Assembly: GCF_006345805.1 (NCBI RefSeq)
Contig: NC_043009.1
Coordinates: 17,112,001 to 17,176,000, forward strand
Reading direction: 5' to 3'
Origin: Octopus sinensis
Lineage: Eukaryota
Length of the DNA stretch: 64,000 nucleotides
Shown: positions 10,648 through 61,234 of the stretch, piece after piece
Layout: each line of letters opens with the position of its first letter
Position numbering within the stretch: the first letter of the stretch is position 1
The notes under the pieces: model-generated
Told to the model about the DNA's origin: nothing
Database searches by the model: none
What the model saw: only the letters and a program-made list of their open reading frames with translations
Position numbers and translations under genes: made by a program

Positions 10648-11450
10648 TACATACATAATTCTTGCTGAGAAGTGCACGGATAAGGTTATACAGGTAATCA
10701 GAGTCTGCAATAGAGTACTTAAGCTCAGACTAGTCTTGCAGAATAGTATAGCTACAACTATATCTGCCTACTCCCTGCAAGTGGGTCTACCAAATGAACA
10801 GAAGGACCACTTTTATGATATTCTTCAGCAGGCTACCTCCAAGACGAGTGACAATGATGTCATCTTCATAGCTGGGCATGTCAGATGGTAGCCCAATATC
10901 TTCCATGCTGTTCATGGAATCAGCTTCCGAAATAAAGAAGAAACAAGTCTATTGGAGTTGTGTGATGCAAATAACCTTTCCGTCTGCAACACCAACTTCA
11001 GGAATCATAGTCCAACTAATTAGGGAGAGAGTTAGTCTAGATGAGATGCAGTCTGGCTTTGTGCCAAGTAGAAGCACCACTGATGCTATATTTCTGGTAA
11101 GGCAACTGCAGAAGAAATACCTTGCCAAAGATAAACCTCTGTACTGGGCTTTTATTGACTTAGAGAAAGCTTTTGATAGAGTCCCCTGATCCCTTATTTG
11201 GTGGTTAATGTGGAAATTAGGGATAGGCGAGTGGTTTGTGAGAGCTCTACAAGTTTTGTACAGGGATGCTACTAGTAAGGTGAGGGTGGGCAACGAGTAC
11301 AGCGAAAAATTCAGGATACATGTAGGGGTTCACCAAGGATTGGTGCTGAGTCCCCTCTTGCTCATCATAGTCCTCCAGGCAATAACAGAGGAATTCAAGA
11401 CAGGCTGAATCTGGGGAGCTCCTCTATGCTGATGACTTTGCTCTTATATA
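10640..11450 (+). mobile_element. Internally deleted RTE LINE fragment (related subfamily)
   Basis: EN segment (VLKLRLVLQNSIATTISAY...VIFIAG...CNTNFR) is joined directly to RT (QLIRERVSLDEMQSGF...IDLEKAFDRVP, GVHQGLVLSPLL, LLYADD). Confidence 0.9.
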
Positions 11451-11475
11451 TATATATATAATCTAAATAAGCAAC

Positions 11476-11715
11476 AAGGATATCCAGAGGTAATGCAGTA
11501 CGATCTCTCTTTTTACTCTCTTTTACTTGTTTCAGTCATTTGACTGCGGCCATGCTGGAGCACGGCCTTTGGTTGAGCAAATCAACCCCAGGGCTTATTC
11601 TTTGTAAGCCTAGTATTTATTCTATCGGTCGCTTTTGCGGAACTGCTAAGTTACAGGAACGTAAACACACCAACATCAGTTGTCAAGCAATGTTGGGGGG
11701 GACAAACACACAAAC

Positions 11716-11748
<33 letters not shown>

Positions 11749-12353
11749 ATATATATATATATATTATATATATATATATATATATACACATATATACAAC
11801 AGGCATTTTTCAGTTTCCGTCTACCAAATCCACTCACAAGGCTTTGGTTGGCCCGAGGCTATAGTAGAAGACACTTGCCCAAGGTTCCATGCAGTGGGAA
11901 TGAACCTGGAACCATGTGGTTGGTAAGCAAGCTACTTTCCACACAGCCACTCCTGCATTTCAAGTAACTCCATTTAATTGAACAATGCAAACATTACATC
12001 AGTTTAAATGCAGAGCAATCCTCAGTTGCATAAGACAGATTTTAGTTAAATTAAAACAGTTTGACACATTAGTATAATTTTGCCTAAAATCTCCAAGAAG
12101 GTAAGGGGATAGACAAAGAACATACTGTCTTCACTTCAGCTTAGAAGCTACTAAGGTATCAGGAAGAAAGACTTGTTACAGATTTTGCTTGTCACTGTTT
12201 TTGCGGTCATTTTTGATTTATAGACTAGTTTATTAAATCCTATGTCTTTATGCAGCTGAGAATTGCTCTGCATTTAAATTGATGTAATGATTGCATTGTT
12301 CAATTAAATGGAGTTGCTTGAAACGATCATACTGCATTACGTCTGGATATCTT
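11476..12353. mobile_element. Foldback/MITE-like element with long inverted arms, interrupted by a SINE
   Basis: Left arm 11476-11505 plus 11957-~12040 is the reverse complement of ~12240-12353 (GATATCCAGA.GTAATGCAGTA.GATC | TTTCAAG.AACTCCATTTAATTGAACAATGCAA). Confidence 0.75.
11506..11956 (-). mobile_element. SINE family A copy (minus)
   Basis: Ends in CCACACAGCCACTCCTGC, the reverse complement of the family A head; body colinear with 3817-4230. Confidence 0.85.
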
Positions 12354-12552
12354 TATTTTGATTTTAATCACCTTATTTTGAAATTGCATGGATAATACTG
12401 AACTAAATTCTGGTGCCTCAAGTACCATATTCATCTGAATATATATATAGCATGGAAAGCGGACGTTAAACGATGATGATGATGATGATGATATATATAT
12501 ATACATATATCATCATCATCATCATTTAATGTCCGTTTTCCGTGCTAGCACA

Positions 12553-12590
<38 letters not shown>

Positions 12591-12971
12591 TCATTCTTTG
12601 TACCATGGGTTCAATGAAATGAAAGACATGCTGTTCTAGTATTGTTTTACAGTCAAATGCTCTACCTGTTGCTAACCCTTACATGTTTTCAAGGAAGGAA
12701 ATATTCATTCCACTTCCCTTTAAAGGTGCAGAGTTTTCACACTTGTTTTGACAGGGAAATGACTGGAATTCACCTATTTTTATGCAATTTCAGAATATAG
12801 ACATTCATATTAACACACATGCTCACACACACACACACACACATACTCACACACATATGTACAGTGAATTTTGTAGAGTTTCTGTCTGACAAATTCACTT
12901 ACAAAGTATTGGTCAGTCTGAACCCCAAACCTTTGACTGTGAAGCAAACTGCTCAACCTATCATATATGTA

Positions 12972-13008
<37 letters not shown>

Positions 13009-13455
13009 ATATGGACATATACACATTAATACATTAAGACATTTATTAAAAGATTATACCGTCAGAAATATATTTGTACGTTTACTACATATATATGTAT
13101 GTTGTGTGTATGTGTGTGTGTGTGTGTGTGTGTGAATGTTGTGCATATTCTACCTGTGTATGTGTGTGTGTGTGTGTGAGTGCGCATGCGTGTGTTTAAG
13201 CACTGTCATAGTTTCCATCAGTGCAACAGTCTTTATATGCGAAAAGTGATCAAAGCTGAAATGGTCCCTCAATAAGAGTAATAAAGCAATCATGTTGAAA
13301 AGAGTAAAAGATGGCTGTCTGATTATTGCATAATGAAAGTGTCGGATTATAATCAAATTCAAGTGTAATAGCGAACATTTCATATGCAATATTACTTTTA
13401 ATGGAAAATAATATCAGAACACACAGACAGGCACCGGGTGTAACAATTTACTTAC

Positions 13456-50148
<36,693 letters not shown>

Positions 50149-50479
50149 CTGTTAAAACAAATTCATAGATATTCAGTCATAGATATATATATATATGTAT
50201 ATGTCATTATTCAGTTTATTTCAAGATTTGTATGTATGTATGTATGTATGTATACATATATATACACACATACATATGTGTGTGTGTGTATATATATATA
50301 TATGTATATATGTGTGTGTGTGTGTATTATATATATATAAAATTAAACAAGGGTAGCATATAGGCTGTCCACTTTTAGTGGTCAGTCCTCTAAATTTTGT
50401 ATGTATATATAGTTATATATATATATGCATATATGTATATATACATATGAACAACGATGTGTCTTTGCAATTGCTCTCA

Positions 50480-52150
50480 GACGGATGAGGTCAACTCTTT
50501 TGACATTCAGGTGTGATATTCAGTCCTGTCTGTAGAATTCCCAATGCATAGTAGTTATACAGAGGAGGATGTTTGGTGTAAGGTTTGTAGTGTAAGACAG
50601 AATAGGAGTGTTGGAAGGAGGAGAATTCGATGCAAGAAATGACTTTTGGAAAAGATAGTATTTTTTTATGGTTTAGTTAAAAGAGGAAGGGTAACATAAG
50701 TGCTGCGCAATGAGACTGAACTCAAAGCCACATCGTTATGAAACAAAATTCTTAACCAGACCTGCTGTATAGATTTTAATAGTTTACAGAGACAGAAGTT
50801 ATTAAGAGAAGAGACAGAAATGGTAAACAGAAGGAGATCATAAGTGAGAAATTTGGGGAGGCAGTAGATATGTTTGAAGTGTTTATTAATGTCAAGGGTA
50901 ACATCACATTCACTGAAGAACAAGAGACCACTGGTGTGTGATGTAGGACAGTGGCTTTCCTGAAGATCCTGTGGTCAAGGAATAGAAAGTTAAGATGACA
51001 GAATGGTTGGTTGGTTGGTTGGTTGTTCATGGTTATTTTCACTATTTTAGATGTGTTGTCAATGAAGGTAATTGGGGGTGAAGGCATGTGGATTAGTGGT
51101 TAGAGCATTTGGCTCACGATTGCAAGGTCGTGAGTTCAATTCCCAGTGGCATGTTATGTCCTTGAGCAAAACACTTTGTTTCACATTGCTCCAGTCCACT
51201 CAGCTAGCAAAATGAGTGGTACCTGTAATTCAATGGGCCAACCTTGTCACATTCCATGACACACTGAATCTCCCTGAGAACTAAGTTAAGAGTACACATG
51301 TCTGTGGAGTGTTCATCCACTTGCGTCTTAATTTCACAAGCAGGCTGTTCCATTGATTGGATCAACTGGGACCCGCGTCATCACAAGCAACGGAGTGCCA
51401 GTTAATTGGGGTGATATTTTGGCAGGACCTGAACAGCTGCACATTTTTTAGGCTCTGACACTTTTACTTGGCTTTTCCAGGTGAGAGATATCCATCAACA
51501 GGTAATATGACTGCTTAACTTTAGAACATGTATGAAAGAAATGGCAGTTGTGATGTTCATTCCTCTAAAATAAGGCAGCATTGAACTGTGCACGTGAAGT
51601 GAAGGAGTTACCAATAATTTGAAAGGTTACATGACATTCTATCTTCCAATACTTCTGTGAATGCGAAGAATTACAGCCAAATTCTCATCCTTTTATTTCT
51701 TTTATTCGATTAGTCTGAAGAATGACTGTGCACAAGACATTCAGATGTTCTGCAGTACTGGTGAGATGAGCAAGTTAAATACAGGAAAAGACATATGCTG
51801 GGAGGAGGAATACCACAGGATTAGTATCATAGGGAGAAAGAACGGAGTGTAGGGATTAGTGCAAAACCTGAGGCTGAGGACATAATATGGGTGATGTAAG
51901 GGGGAGAGGTGAGTGTCAAGAATACTTGAGTGGATCTGACATAAAGGGAGCCAGCTTTGAGGAGCAGAGGCAAGTGTAGTAGCAGTAGAAAAGGGAGAGG
52001 GAGGAAACACAGCACACCTGTGAGTCAGAAGTTGGAGTATGTTGATGAGTAATTTTATGCCAATCAAGTAAATGGCTTCTTTGAATGCAGAATTGGAGGG
52101 GAGCCTGTGAAGTGCTGTTGGGATTTAGTGTGGAAGAAATACAGGTTAGC
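50480..52150 (-). mobile_element. Heavily decayed CR1/Jockey-group LINE (endonuclease and linker region)
   Basis: Scattered similarity (KAGSLYVRS; FFSECDV..KHFK) to AP-endonuclease LINE segments; interrupted by the SINE at 51080. The assignment rests on recalled motifs only. Confidence 0.4.
51080..51400 (+). mobile_element. SINE family B copy
   Basis: TGGATTAGTGG A box, GAGTTCAATTCCC B box, 3' CTGAGAACTAAGTTAAGAGTACAC...GGATCAACTGGGACCC..CGGAGTGCC. Confidence 0.85.
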
Positions 52151-52464
52151 AAGAACGTCTAAAAGTTATAGTTGTTGGGAGGTTAAATAACAAAAAAATA
52201 GTATGGAATCAATAAATTTGGGCAAAGTGTGTGTGTGTGCGTGTGTGTGTTTCTCTAAACCATTGATGTTGCAGCAAAACTAACAGAAGGATGGCACAGA
52301 TGGACAAATAGTGGTAGAATGGTGAATGAAGGTTTGTTAAACAGGCAAACAGGTCAACACACACACACACGTGTGTGTGAGTATGTACGTGTGTGTGTGC
52401 ATAAGAGTGTATCTATCTATCTATCTATCTGCCTATCTATATACACATATATACATATGCATAT

Positions 52465-52580
<116 letters not shown>

Positions 52581-52895
52581 GTATGATATACATACAGAGA
52601 TACACTGAAGCTGATGATGAAGTTATCTTAAAACAATGTAAAGAAGGCAACGTGTATATTAAGTAAAGAATATATGTCAAAACTATGAGTCAGCTATAAA
52701 TCAATGTTCATATAAGAAATAAATTTTTAAACATGTTTGAAGTATGTTTCTAAGTAATTAATCTTAATTTGAAAATATTTTTTATCAATAAAATTCAATT
52801 AGAATATAAATGCATAGTTGATAACAATTTATTAAAAAATATTTCTGTGAGATGTGTACATGTGTGTGTAGATGCATGCACATCAACAATCATAT

Positions 52896-52932
<37 letters not shown>

Positions 52933-53381
52933 CATATATATACACAAAATGCTTGGTTTAATTTACATTATAAAAGATCACATTTCTATTTAAATTGCGA
53001 ACAGGTTTGTGTATGAAAGTGTGAAGTAATGTTCGCGTGTCAATATATGTGTATGAGCACATGTATAAGCATGCATGTGTGCGTGCGCGTGTGTGTGTGT
53101 GTGTGTGTGCATAGGCAGCTGTGTGCGTGTGTGCAGGCAGCTGTGTGTGTGTGTGTGTGTATGAGCAGTCAGCTGTGGTGGTGATGTGTCAGTTATTAGC
53201 TGCACCTGTATGCATACATTATATCAGTGCTGAGTGAGTAACAACATCACAACGGTGAACTGAAAAATGCACTCTACATGCACTGTATAACAATTGGCTA
53301 ACACGTGCTAACAAGCTGTCTCGTGACATGCGGTTTAAAGAGAAGCAGACAGTGGATTATCAGAATGGAATGGAATGGAAT

Positions 53382-53420
<39 letters not shown>

Positions 53421-53758
53421 ATTTTTCTTTCTTTCTCCGTGTACTCCTTGTTGATGTTGTTTTTTCTTACTGTTGTTGTTGCTGTTGTTTTCACTGCTTT
53501 AATATGAAGTTCAAAAAAATTGTTATAAATAATATGTTTATGATATTTAGAATTTTTCTAATTAGGTTTTTTTGATACCAGGCACATGACCAAAAGATGT
53601 ATAGAAGGGCTATAAGTCAACCAAATTAATCCTATCATATTATTGGTAGTTATTTAATCAATACTAAAAGGATGATAGACTGATAAACTGTGGGAAATGA
53701 ATTAAAAACCATAAAAGGCAAAAAAAGTATTATCTGTCTTAGCCATTTCCATCATCTT

Positions 53759-53792
<34 letters not shown>

Positions 53793-54194
53793 TAATACAT
53801 AATTTTTCTCTCTTTCTCTCTTGCTCTCTTTCACTCCCCCTCTATCTCTCTTCCTCTCTCTGTATATAATTATATTTAATATGCATATGATATATATGTT
53901 GAATATCATATTATATATAATATGTATATAATATATATTAAATATCATATATATAATATGTATATAATATATATATATTAAATATCATATATACATTATG
54001 TATATATATTACATATATCATAATATATACAAAGCAGGCACACACACACACATGTGAACATACAAATGCAAAATAAGCAGAGAAAATTAGCACAAGAATA
54101 CCAAAAGTAAAGTTTGAGTTTTATTGAAACTATAAAACTTCACAAACTGTTACTCTGAGTTTCACATTAGTGACCATTTGACATGTCTAACAAT

Positions 54195-54680
54195 CAGATA
54201 CATGAGGCAGGAATATATGAGGTGGATTGACAGAATAAAGAGGAAGTGATATATGAGGTTGACTGAATAAACAGAACAGTAATATGGAATAAATAGAGCA
54301 GTATGAGATGGATTGACAGAATAAATAGAACAAGAACATAGGAGGTGGATATGAGAGAGAATGAATGAAAGAGTAATATTGGTGGTGGATTAACAGAATG
54401 AATGAAACAATTATATTGGAGGTGGATCTGAGATAAAATGAATAGAATAGTAATATGGGTTGCAGATTGACAGAATAAATAGAGCAGCAATATATGAGAT
54501 GAACTGATGGAATAAATAGAACAGAATACAAGAGGTGGATATGAGAGAGAATGAATGGAAGAGTAATATTGGAGATGGATTAACAGAATGAATGAAAGAG
54601 TAATGTTGGAGGTGGATTTGAGAAAAAGGAAAATATGAGAGGTGGGTGGATAGAATGAATGGAGCATTAACATGGAATGT
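54195..54680. repeat. Degenerate ~35-40-bp purine-rich minisatellite with ~190-bp higher-order duplication
   Basis: Recurrent GAGGTGGAT..AGAATGAAT..AGTAATAT units; 54303-54440 resembles 54493-54630. Confidence 0.7.
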
Positions 54681-56230
54681 TGGCTGACCGTCTCAGAAGA
54701 ATGTGAGGCAAAATACCATGTGGTATTTAATAGTTTCCATTCATGGTCTGAGTTCATATCTTATTTGAGTTGACTTTGACCTTTATTTTTTTTTCCTGAT
54801 ATTAGTAAAATAAGTATCTAAAATATTATGTCTGCCATAATTGACTACAGTCCAATGATTTTTATTAATGAAAGAGACAAAAACATATAGCATGGTTGTC
54901 AAACAATCTGTGTATCATTAGTACCATTAAAAAAAACCATCATTGTATAATATAAACATCATGTTTAAACAATGCATTTGCAAGTAGATCTGCATAAACA
55001 GAATATCTAGAATACATATGTTAATTCTCTACTCCATCACACTGGAACAATATATCTTTATCATGTTTAAAATACAGGGACCTGGCTGGTCCCTATCAGT
55101 TTGTACTGGTTGCCCTCAAGAAGTCATGTGTTCTTAGAACCCATACTACTGATTTCCTCCACAAAAATAGGGATAATGGTGGTTTTTTGGAGAAGTGACC
55201 CTCACAAGGGAGGAGTGGCTGCTGTAGCAAATGTCACTGACCATTCACCATGGTAACACCATCACAGTCATTACCATGGGGCATGGTTGAGCACACCATT
55301 TGTTCTGGAATATGTGGTGCATCACCCTCTCCCCCTTCATCTTCCACTGCTTTACCCCCCACTCATCTTCCTTTTCTTTTGTTTTCTTTCTTATCTTTCT
55401 TCTTTCGTGTCTCTTTGTCTTCAAATGTTCTCATAAAATAAACAATGAACATTCAATGGTAGTGGCTATTGCTGTTAAAAACAAAGGTTTGTCTATTTTG
55501 CAACAGAGGAAGAATCATATGTCAGTGGCAGAAGGGTCTAAGATAATTTGCATCAGCAGTTTACCTAATGAATAACTAGTGACTAATCCAGATGACCATC
55601 AAATGATGTGAGGAAATCATCTACAGGACCAGAAAATCCAATATGGTCTGACAATAAATATAACAATCAACCTTTTGATACAAAGAATCAATTGAAGAAA
55701 ATTAAATTTGTCTTTTCTCATCTTACAAAAATTGAAAGTAATATCATAAATCAAAATATTTAATAGAAACTTCACTATAGAATTATCTCGTGTATATCTA
55801 ACATCATAAATTCTCTTTTATTTTAAAATAAAACTTATTTTACTGGAGTGCTTTTTTTATTAAATGCTTTGCAAGAATTGAATTGAAACTATATGTGAAA
55901 ACTCAGGTAAAAATGTACTTTTATCTGTTCTGGTTATCTTGCAAATATATTACACAAGTTACCTATTTATGTCCTCCAGGTAAAATAACCAGGATTTGAC
56001 ATGATAATTAAATTTTCTGCCATAACGACATAAAGACTTACTGCAGCTATCAGAAGTGCATTAAAAACTATACAAGTGGCTACGTGTTTGAGATGCTTAG
56101 CCACTAAATTCATTTCAAATAGTTACGGGTTCAAATCTTGCCACAATATGTGTTTTTACTTCTGAGTAAGGTACATTACGTGCTGAAAGACGACCAAGCT
56201 GTGAAAAAATAAACAAGACTGTTCACTTCC

Positions 56231-56266
<36 letters not shown>

Positions 56267-56840
56267 AATCAGTGATTGGTATTAGGAGTAAATAGTTTTT
56301 CCCAACAACTTACACAAATCTTAAAGTTCTCCAAACATCCAATGAATGTCAGCGCAGAACATGACATATTAGACAAGTGAAATTAATATATAGGATAATA
56401 GTGTACAGAAATGTTTAATTTATCTATCTTTACATCACACATGTGCACGGCTGTGTGGGGGCTGGGATGTTAAAGAATAGACTCAATGTTTCCTCTGTGA
56501 GTTGTAAAAGGTGACTAAAAGAGGTTGGGAAGAAGATTTGCACTTCAACTTCATAAAACCCACACCAGCAACAATTACCTAAACAAATCCATGAGTTGGA
56601 GGGTTGTTGCATGAGTACTGCAAAGGTGCCATCCGTGAGGAGTAGGGAACCACCATCAAGTGATGGATGCAGTGACATTCTGTTATAGTCCATGCCCTCA
56701 CACTACTACAACTGCCATCTTGCATCAGTAACTTTCTAACAAGATGAAGTGTGACTATAACCTAATTTCTAGCTAAGCATTAGTTTAAGACAACCAATAT
56801 TTATTACTAAAGAAATACTACAGAAGTACCGTGTAAGGTG

Positions 56841-57055
56841 GTGAGCAGGCAGAATTGTTAGCATATCAAGCAAAATAGTGGCATTTTGGCTGTCTTTACA
56901 TTCTGAGTTCAAATTCTGCCCAGGTCAACTTTGCTTTTCTTTCTGTTAGAGTTGATAAAATAAGCACCAGTAGAATACTTGGGTGGTGGCGAGGTCAATG
57001 TAATCAACCCACCCCTCTTCTAAACTTGCTGCCTTGTGACATTCATTTGAAACAA
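56841..57055 (+). mobile_element. SINE family C copy
   Basis: GAGCAGGCAGAATTGTTAGC..GAGTTCAAATTCTGCC..CATTTGAAAC. Confidence 0.8.
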
Positions 57056-57599
57056 ATATTTTAAGTCTCCTGTTTGAATGGCTCAGTTATAGTCTGAGTG
57101 AGAGACATATGGCTTATTTTGAGGATGACCTGATCTGATTGTTTGTACACCAACACTGGCAAATTATATTGATCACCTAAGAACAAGAACAGCAGTTCTC
57201 TGGACGGGTACATCTAATAAAACTCATACACAAGTCCTTAGTCAACAAGAGACTATGGTAGGAAACATCAGCCAAATCAAGACTGAACCTCAAATGATGC
57301 AACCCAAAGTAAACCCAGCTGATCACTCAGTCATGTCTTTATAAAAAATATTTTATTATCCTAGAATAGATTGAACTTGTGACCACCGAGAGTCATCCTG
57401 TAATCCAGTCAAATAAACTGATGCATGTAAAGTGTTATGACCAACGACAGGTAATTTCAGGTGCTCAGGTAGTTTTGGAGTATTGTTTGAACATGTGATT
57501 TATGGATTTAACAGCATAAACCACAAAGAAATTAATGTTACTCCTTAGTTACACAGACTGAGGCAAGTGACATTGAAGTGGTGGGTTGTCAAATTAAAT

Positions 57600-57900
57600 T
57601 TCTTTGAATTTTGTTCTATACCACAACACTGAACACCAAGTCCAGCAGCATAGGCCATGGTGGTGGTTTGGCCGCATCTGCAGGATGAGCACTAGAAGAC
57701 AACCACACCAACTTTTGTGGTGGTAGTGACCCACTCACTGGAGAATCCAATGCAGTGTAACAAAGAAGATATGGGTGAAACACATTGAGGAAGACCTGAA
57801 GTCACAGAGCCTCAACCTCAAGCATGCTAAGGCCAGCGACATGGACTGGAAAGCATGGAATAACATCATCACCAGAGTCCATCATCCAGTAGCACTCACA
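57600..57900 (+). mobile_element. RTE-like LINE ORF C-terminal remnant (different family)
   Basis: WWFGRICRMSTRRQPHQLLWW..KKIWVKHIEEDLK..DMDWKAW. Confidence 0.55.
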
Positions 57901-58569
57901 ACAATGTATTGGTTGAGAGCACAGTCACTCCCTCTGGTCGCCAGTTAGGGATTTTACTTACTAGCTACAAGATACTAAGTTCAAATCAAGATAGGATCAA
58001 CTTTGCCTTTACTCTGCCAGAATAAATAAAAATATGTATGAGTAATATACTGGATTGGAATCCCATAGGATCAGGAACAGGGTGTGCAGGGAGTGCAAGC
58101 GCACACCCAGGAATTTGAGAGGCAAGGGACAATGAAAAACTGGGTTTGCACTGACTAATCAAATTCTGTTTTTGCACTTATGTGGAATCCATTAATTTAC
58201 TCCTTTTCTATAAAAGTTGACCTTATGCTAAACCAATGTTATTAAATATATTTCACTCTAAAAATCTACCATAAAGTATTAATTTATCAGATATAGGATG
58301 TAACTCCTGGTTCTGTGGAAACAAAAATAAACAGCAAATTGTAGAAGTTATAAGATCTAAACACTGACCAGCAGTAATGGTCTCAGGATTGTCAGTGAGC
58401 TAACTTCTGTCAGTCCAGCTGGTCATTATGGTCATTATAGTCATTTAGGCAGAGGTGAAGAACAAAGAGTTAAGTCAAAGCCTAGAAGAAGATATTCCTT
58501 TCAGTATTCTTTTATTTAATGTTTTCAGCCAATAGAAAATAACATTCAAGCTTTTAATTATTGGATGAT

Positions 58570-58790
58570 TTAAAATCATCATCATCATTATCGCTTAATG
58601 TCTGTCTTCCATGCTGGCATGGGTGGGATGGTTTGACAGGAATCGGCCAGGCAGAAGCCTGCACCAGACTTCTGCAACTGTTTTGGCAGCATTTTTACAG
58701 CTGGGTACCCTTCCTGACACCAACCACTCAGCAGAGTGGACTTTGTGCTTTTTACGTGACACAAGCACAGGCAGGGTCAGTTTTGGCAAG
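58570..58790 (-). mobile_element. RTE-type 3' tail copy
   Basis: (CAT)n..CTTCCATGCTGGCATGGG..CCAACCACTCAGCAGAGTGG..TGCTTTTTACGTG. Confidence 0.75.
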
Positions 58791-58853
58791 GTTTTTAGTA
58801 AGGAAAATATTTAATCAGTCTAAGAAAATTAAAGATATTTATATACATGTATG

Positions 58854-58887
<34 letters not shown>

Positions 58888-58931
58888 TGTATGTATGTAT
58901 GTATGTATGTATGTATGTATGTGTGTATGCA

Positions 58932-58969
<38 letters not shown>

Positions 58970-59769
58970 CACACACACACACATACACACACATGCGCAT
59001 GTGCACAGAAATACATACTCTCTCTCTCTCCCTCTCTCTCTCACTTTCTCTCAGGCACACATGCACGCACATATTTTTGTTATCTTTTTCAGCCAATATT
59101 TAGTATCAGTTCATATGTCCATACCAGCAGTCATCTTTTCTGCAAGCATCAGTTCATGTTTTTAATGCTCAGCCATTCTCTTAGCTCACTTTTGCTGTGC
59201 CTTTCAAGCATATTAACATCAGAGAACATTCTTGCCCCACTTTTTTTTTCAAGTGTAGAAGATCACAGATCTTCTACATTCAATGTTTATGCTTCACTGC
59301 CATATGGCCATTACATTCTTAGTAAATGCTTTACACATGAGAGAAATATCCTTTTGTAGTCAACTAAGGTAACAGCTTCAAATCTCCCTCTGCAACTTTC
59401 TTTAGCTATAATATTTCCCATTAATTAATAAAATCAGGTCACATTAATTAATAAAGGAAAAAATCTAAAGAACCAACTGAGAAGTTTATCGGCTTTATGT
59501 CATTTCAAATGCTAACTAATCCCAAGCACCTAGCATGCTTAATTCTCAGTCAGATTACCAGAGATCCAACTGAATCGTTCGGATAATCATTGTTTTATCT
59601 ATATTTTTACCATGTTCATATTTATTTACATGTCTTTATATATATTTTATTTATATGAAATATTTAGAAAGATCCTCGGGAAATACTGACTTTACATAGC
59701 TTAAAGGAAATACTTTGTAGAATTCTATATATGTCTGTAAATAATTATCGGCAAATACTTCTCTTTTAT

Positions 59770-60025
59770 GGGAAGCGGTAGCCCTGTGTGTGTGTGTGTG
59801 CGTGTGTTCGCATGTGTCTCCTTGCCATGACATTGATTGTTGTAAATGATTATCATCCATTTCCAATATTTTACAAATGATATTTCTGGCCCTGGTGAAA
59901 TATTACCTTTTTTGAAAGAGGTAAGGGTTGGCAACAAGAAGGGTTGGCCATAGAAAAAATCGCCTCAATAAACTCTAACCTATGCAAGCATAGAAAAATG
60001 AAGATTAAAATGAATGAAGATTAAA

Positions 60026-60050
<25 letters not shown>
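59770..60050 (+). mobile_element. Repeat ending in an RTE-type (GAT)n tail (SINE or truncated LINE)
   Basis: AAGGGTTGGCAACAAGAAGGG..ATGCAAGCATAGAAAAATGAAGATTAAAA(TGA)n. Confidence 0.55.
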
Positions 60051-60056
<6 letters not shown>

Positions 60057-61192
60057 GGATGATGATGAGGATGATGATGATGAGGATGAGGATGAGGTGG
60101 ATGAGGTGGATGAGGATGAGGATGAAGAGGATGAAGAGGAGGAGGAGGGTGATAACAGTCAGTATGAATAATCCATATACATATATAGGACATGCTTTTG
60201 TCTCAATTTCATAAATAAAAGTAGCATTCCAACATGAGTGTTTTTGGGAAAGCTTCAAGCACGTTACTGTTATTTACAGACTTCGGAACATCTCTTGACT
60301 GTATCCGCACAATAAAGCAGTCAAACCACTCTCAACAACATCTCTTCTGTCTTTAAATTTGGGACTTTTTGCTTATCTATAAACTATTGCAGCTCTAAAT
60401 TTTAGAACAGTATAGAAGTGTGAATAAATAACAACCACAACAACAGCAACAACAACAACAACAACAATGTAATCATAGACAATGAAAGTAAAACAGAAAT
60501 GTAAATTAAGAAGCAATGAGTCAAATAGGTATTTTTTTTTTTTCCAAGATATCATTACAATAGAATTGGTGTTAGTTTAATGTCTGTTGTCTGACAAAAT
60601 TGCAGTTTTTCCATTCTCTCTAGGTATATATAAATATCAAATTTCAAACTAAAACCAATTTCACATCAGCTGCTAAACACTGTGGAATTAAATACTGACA
60701 TTCTGAAATCATTAAAACAGTTTTTAATTTGAATCTGAGACAGCAACAATTTTCTTTCTTATTTTCATACATATTTAAACAGATAGTATCTAAAACATCA
60801 CCATTGGTTTTTACTGTGAACAATTTTATAATCCTACAGTTACTAATTTCAAAATATAGTAAAATATATTAAATATGGACTGAAATAAAGTTGATTTGAT
60901 TGAAACATTGTAATTATCAGGGTTTATCTGCCCTCAAAAACCATCAAACCATATCAAATATAAACATATTGTATCAGACATAAAACTTTATAAAACGCAT
61001 TACATTTAAATTTCAGACTACAACATTAATATTTGATAAATCATCAAATATACTAATGAAAAATATATTACAATTTGCTCAGTTTTCATGAAGGAATTTA
61101 ATTAAAGACTTTTCAAAATTAGTATATATACATACATAGTTATAACTGTATGTATGTATGTATGTGTGCATATGTATATGTGTGTGTATGTT

Positions 61193-61234
<42 letters not shown>

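Noticed and set aside
12680-12770. Exon-like minus-strand segment SFPCQNKCENSAP.. ending in gtaagg
   Set aside because: It is open only as phase 0 to phase 2, incompatible with the phase-1 donor of exon 11, and shows no domain pattern.
51481-51501. Plus-strand 21-nt micro-exon pattern (ttttccag|...CAG|gtaat)
   Set aside because: No partner plus-strand exons were found, and it lies in decayed LINE sequence.
56160-56198. Strong minus-strand acceptor ttgtttattttttcacag at 56198
   Set aside because: No donor gives a frame-compatible coding exon; it could be UTR or chance and cannot be supported from sequence alone.
59520-59570. Faint resemblance to reverse-complement 5S rRNA
   Set aside because: Too short and too mismatched to call.
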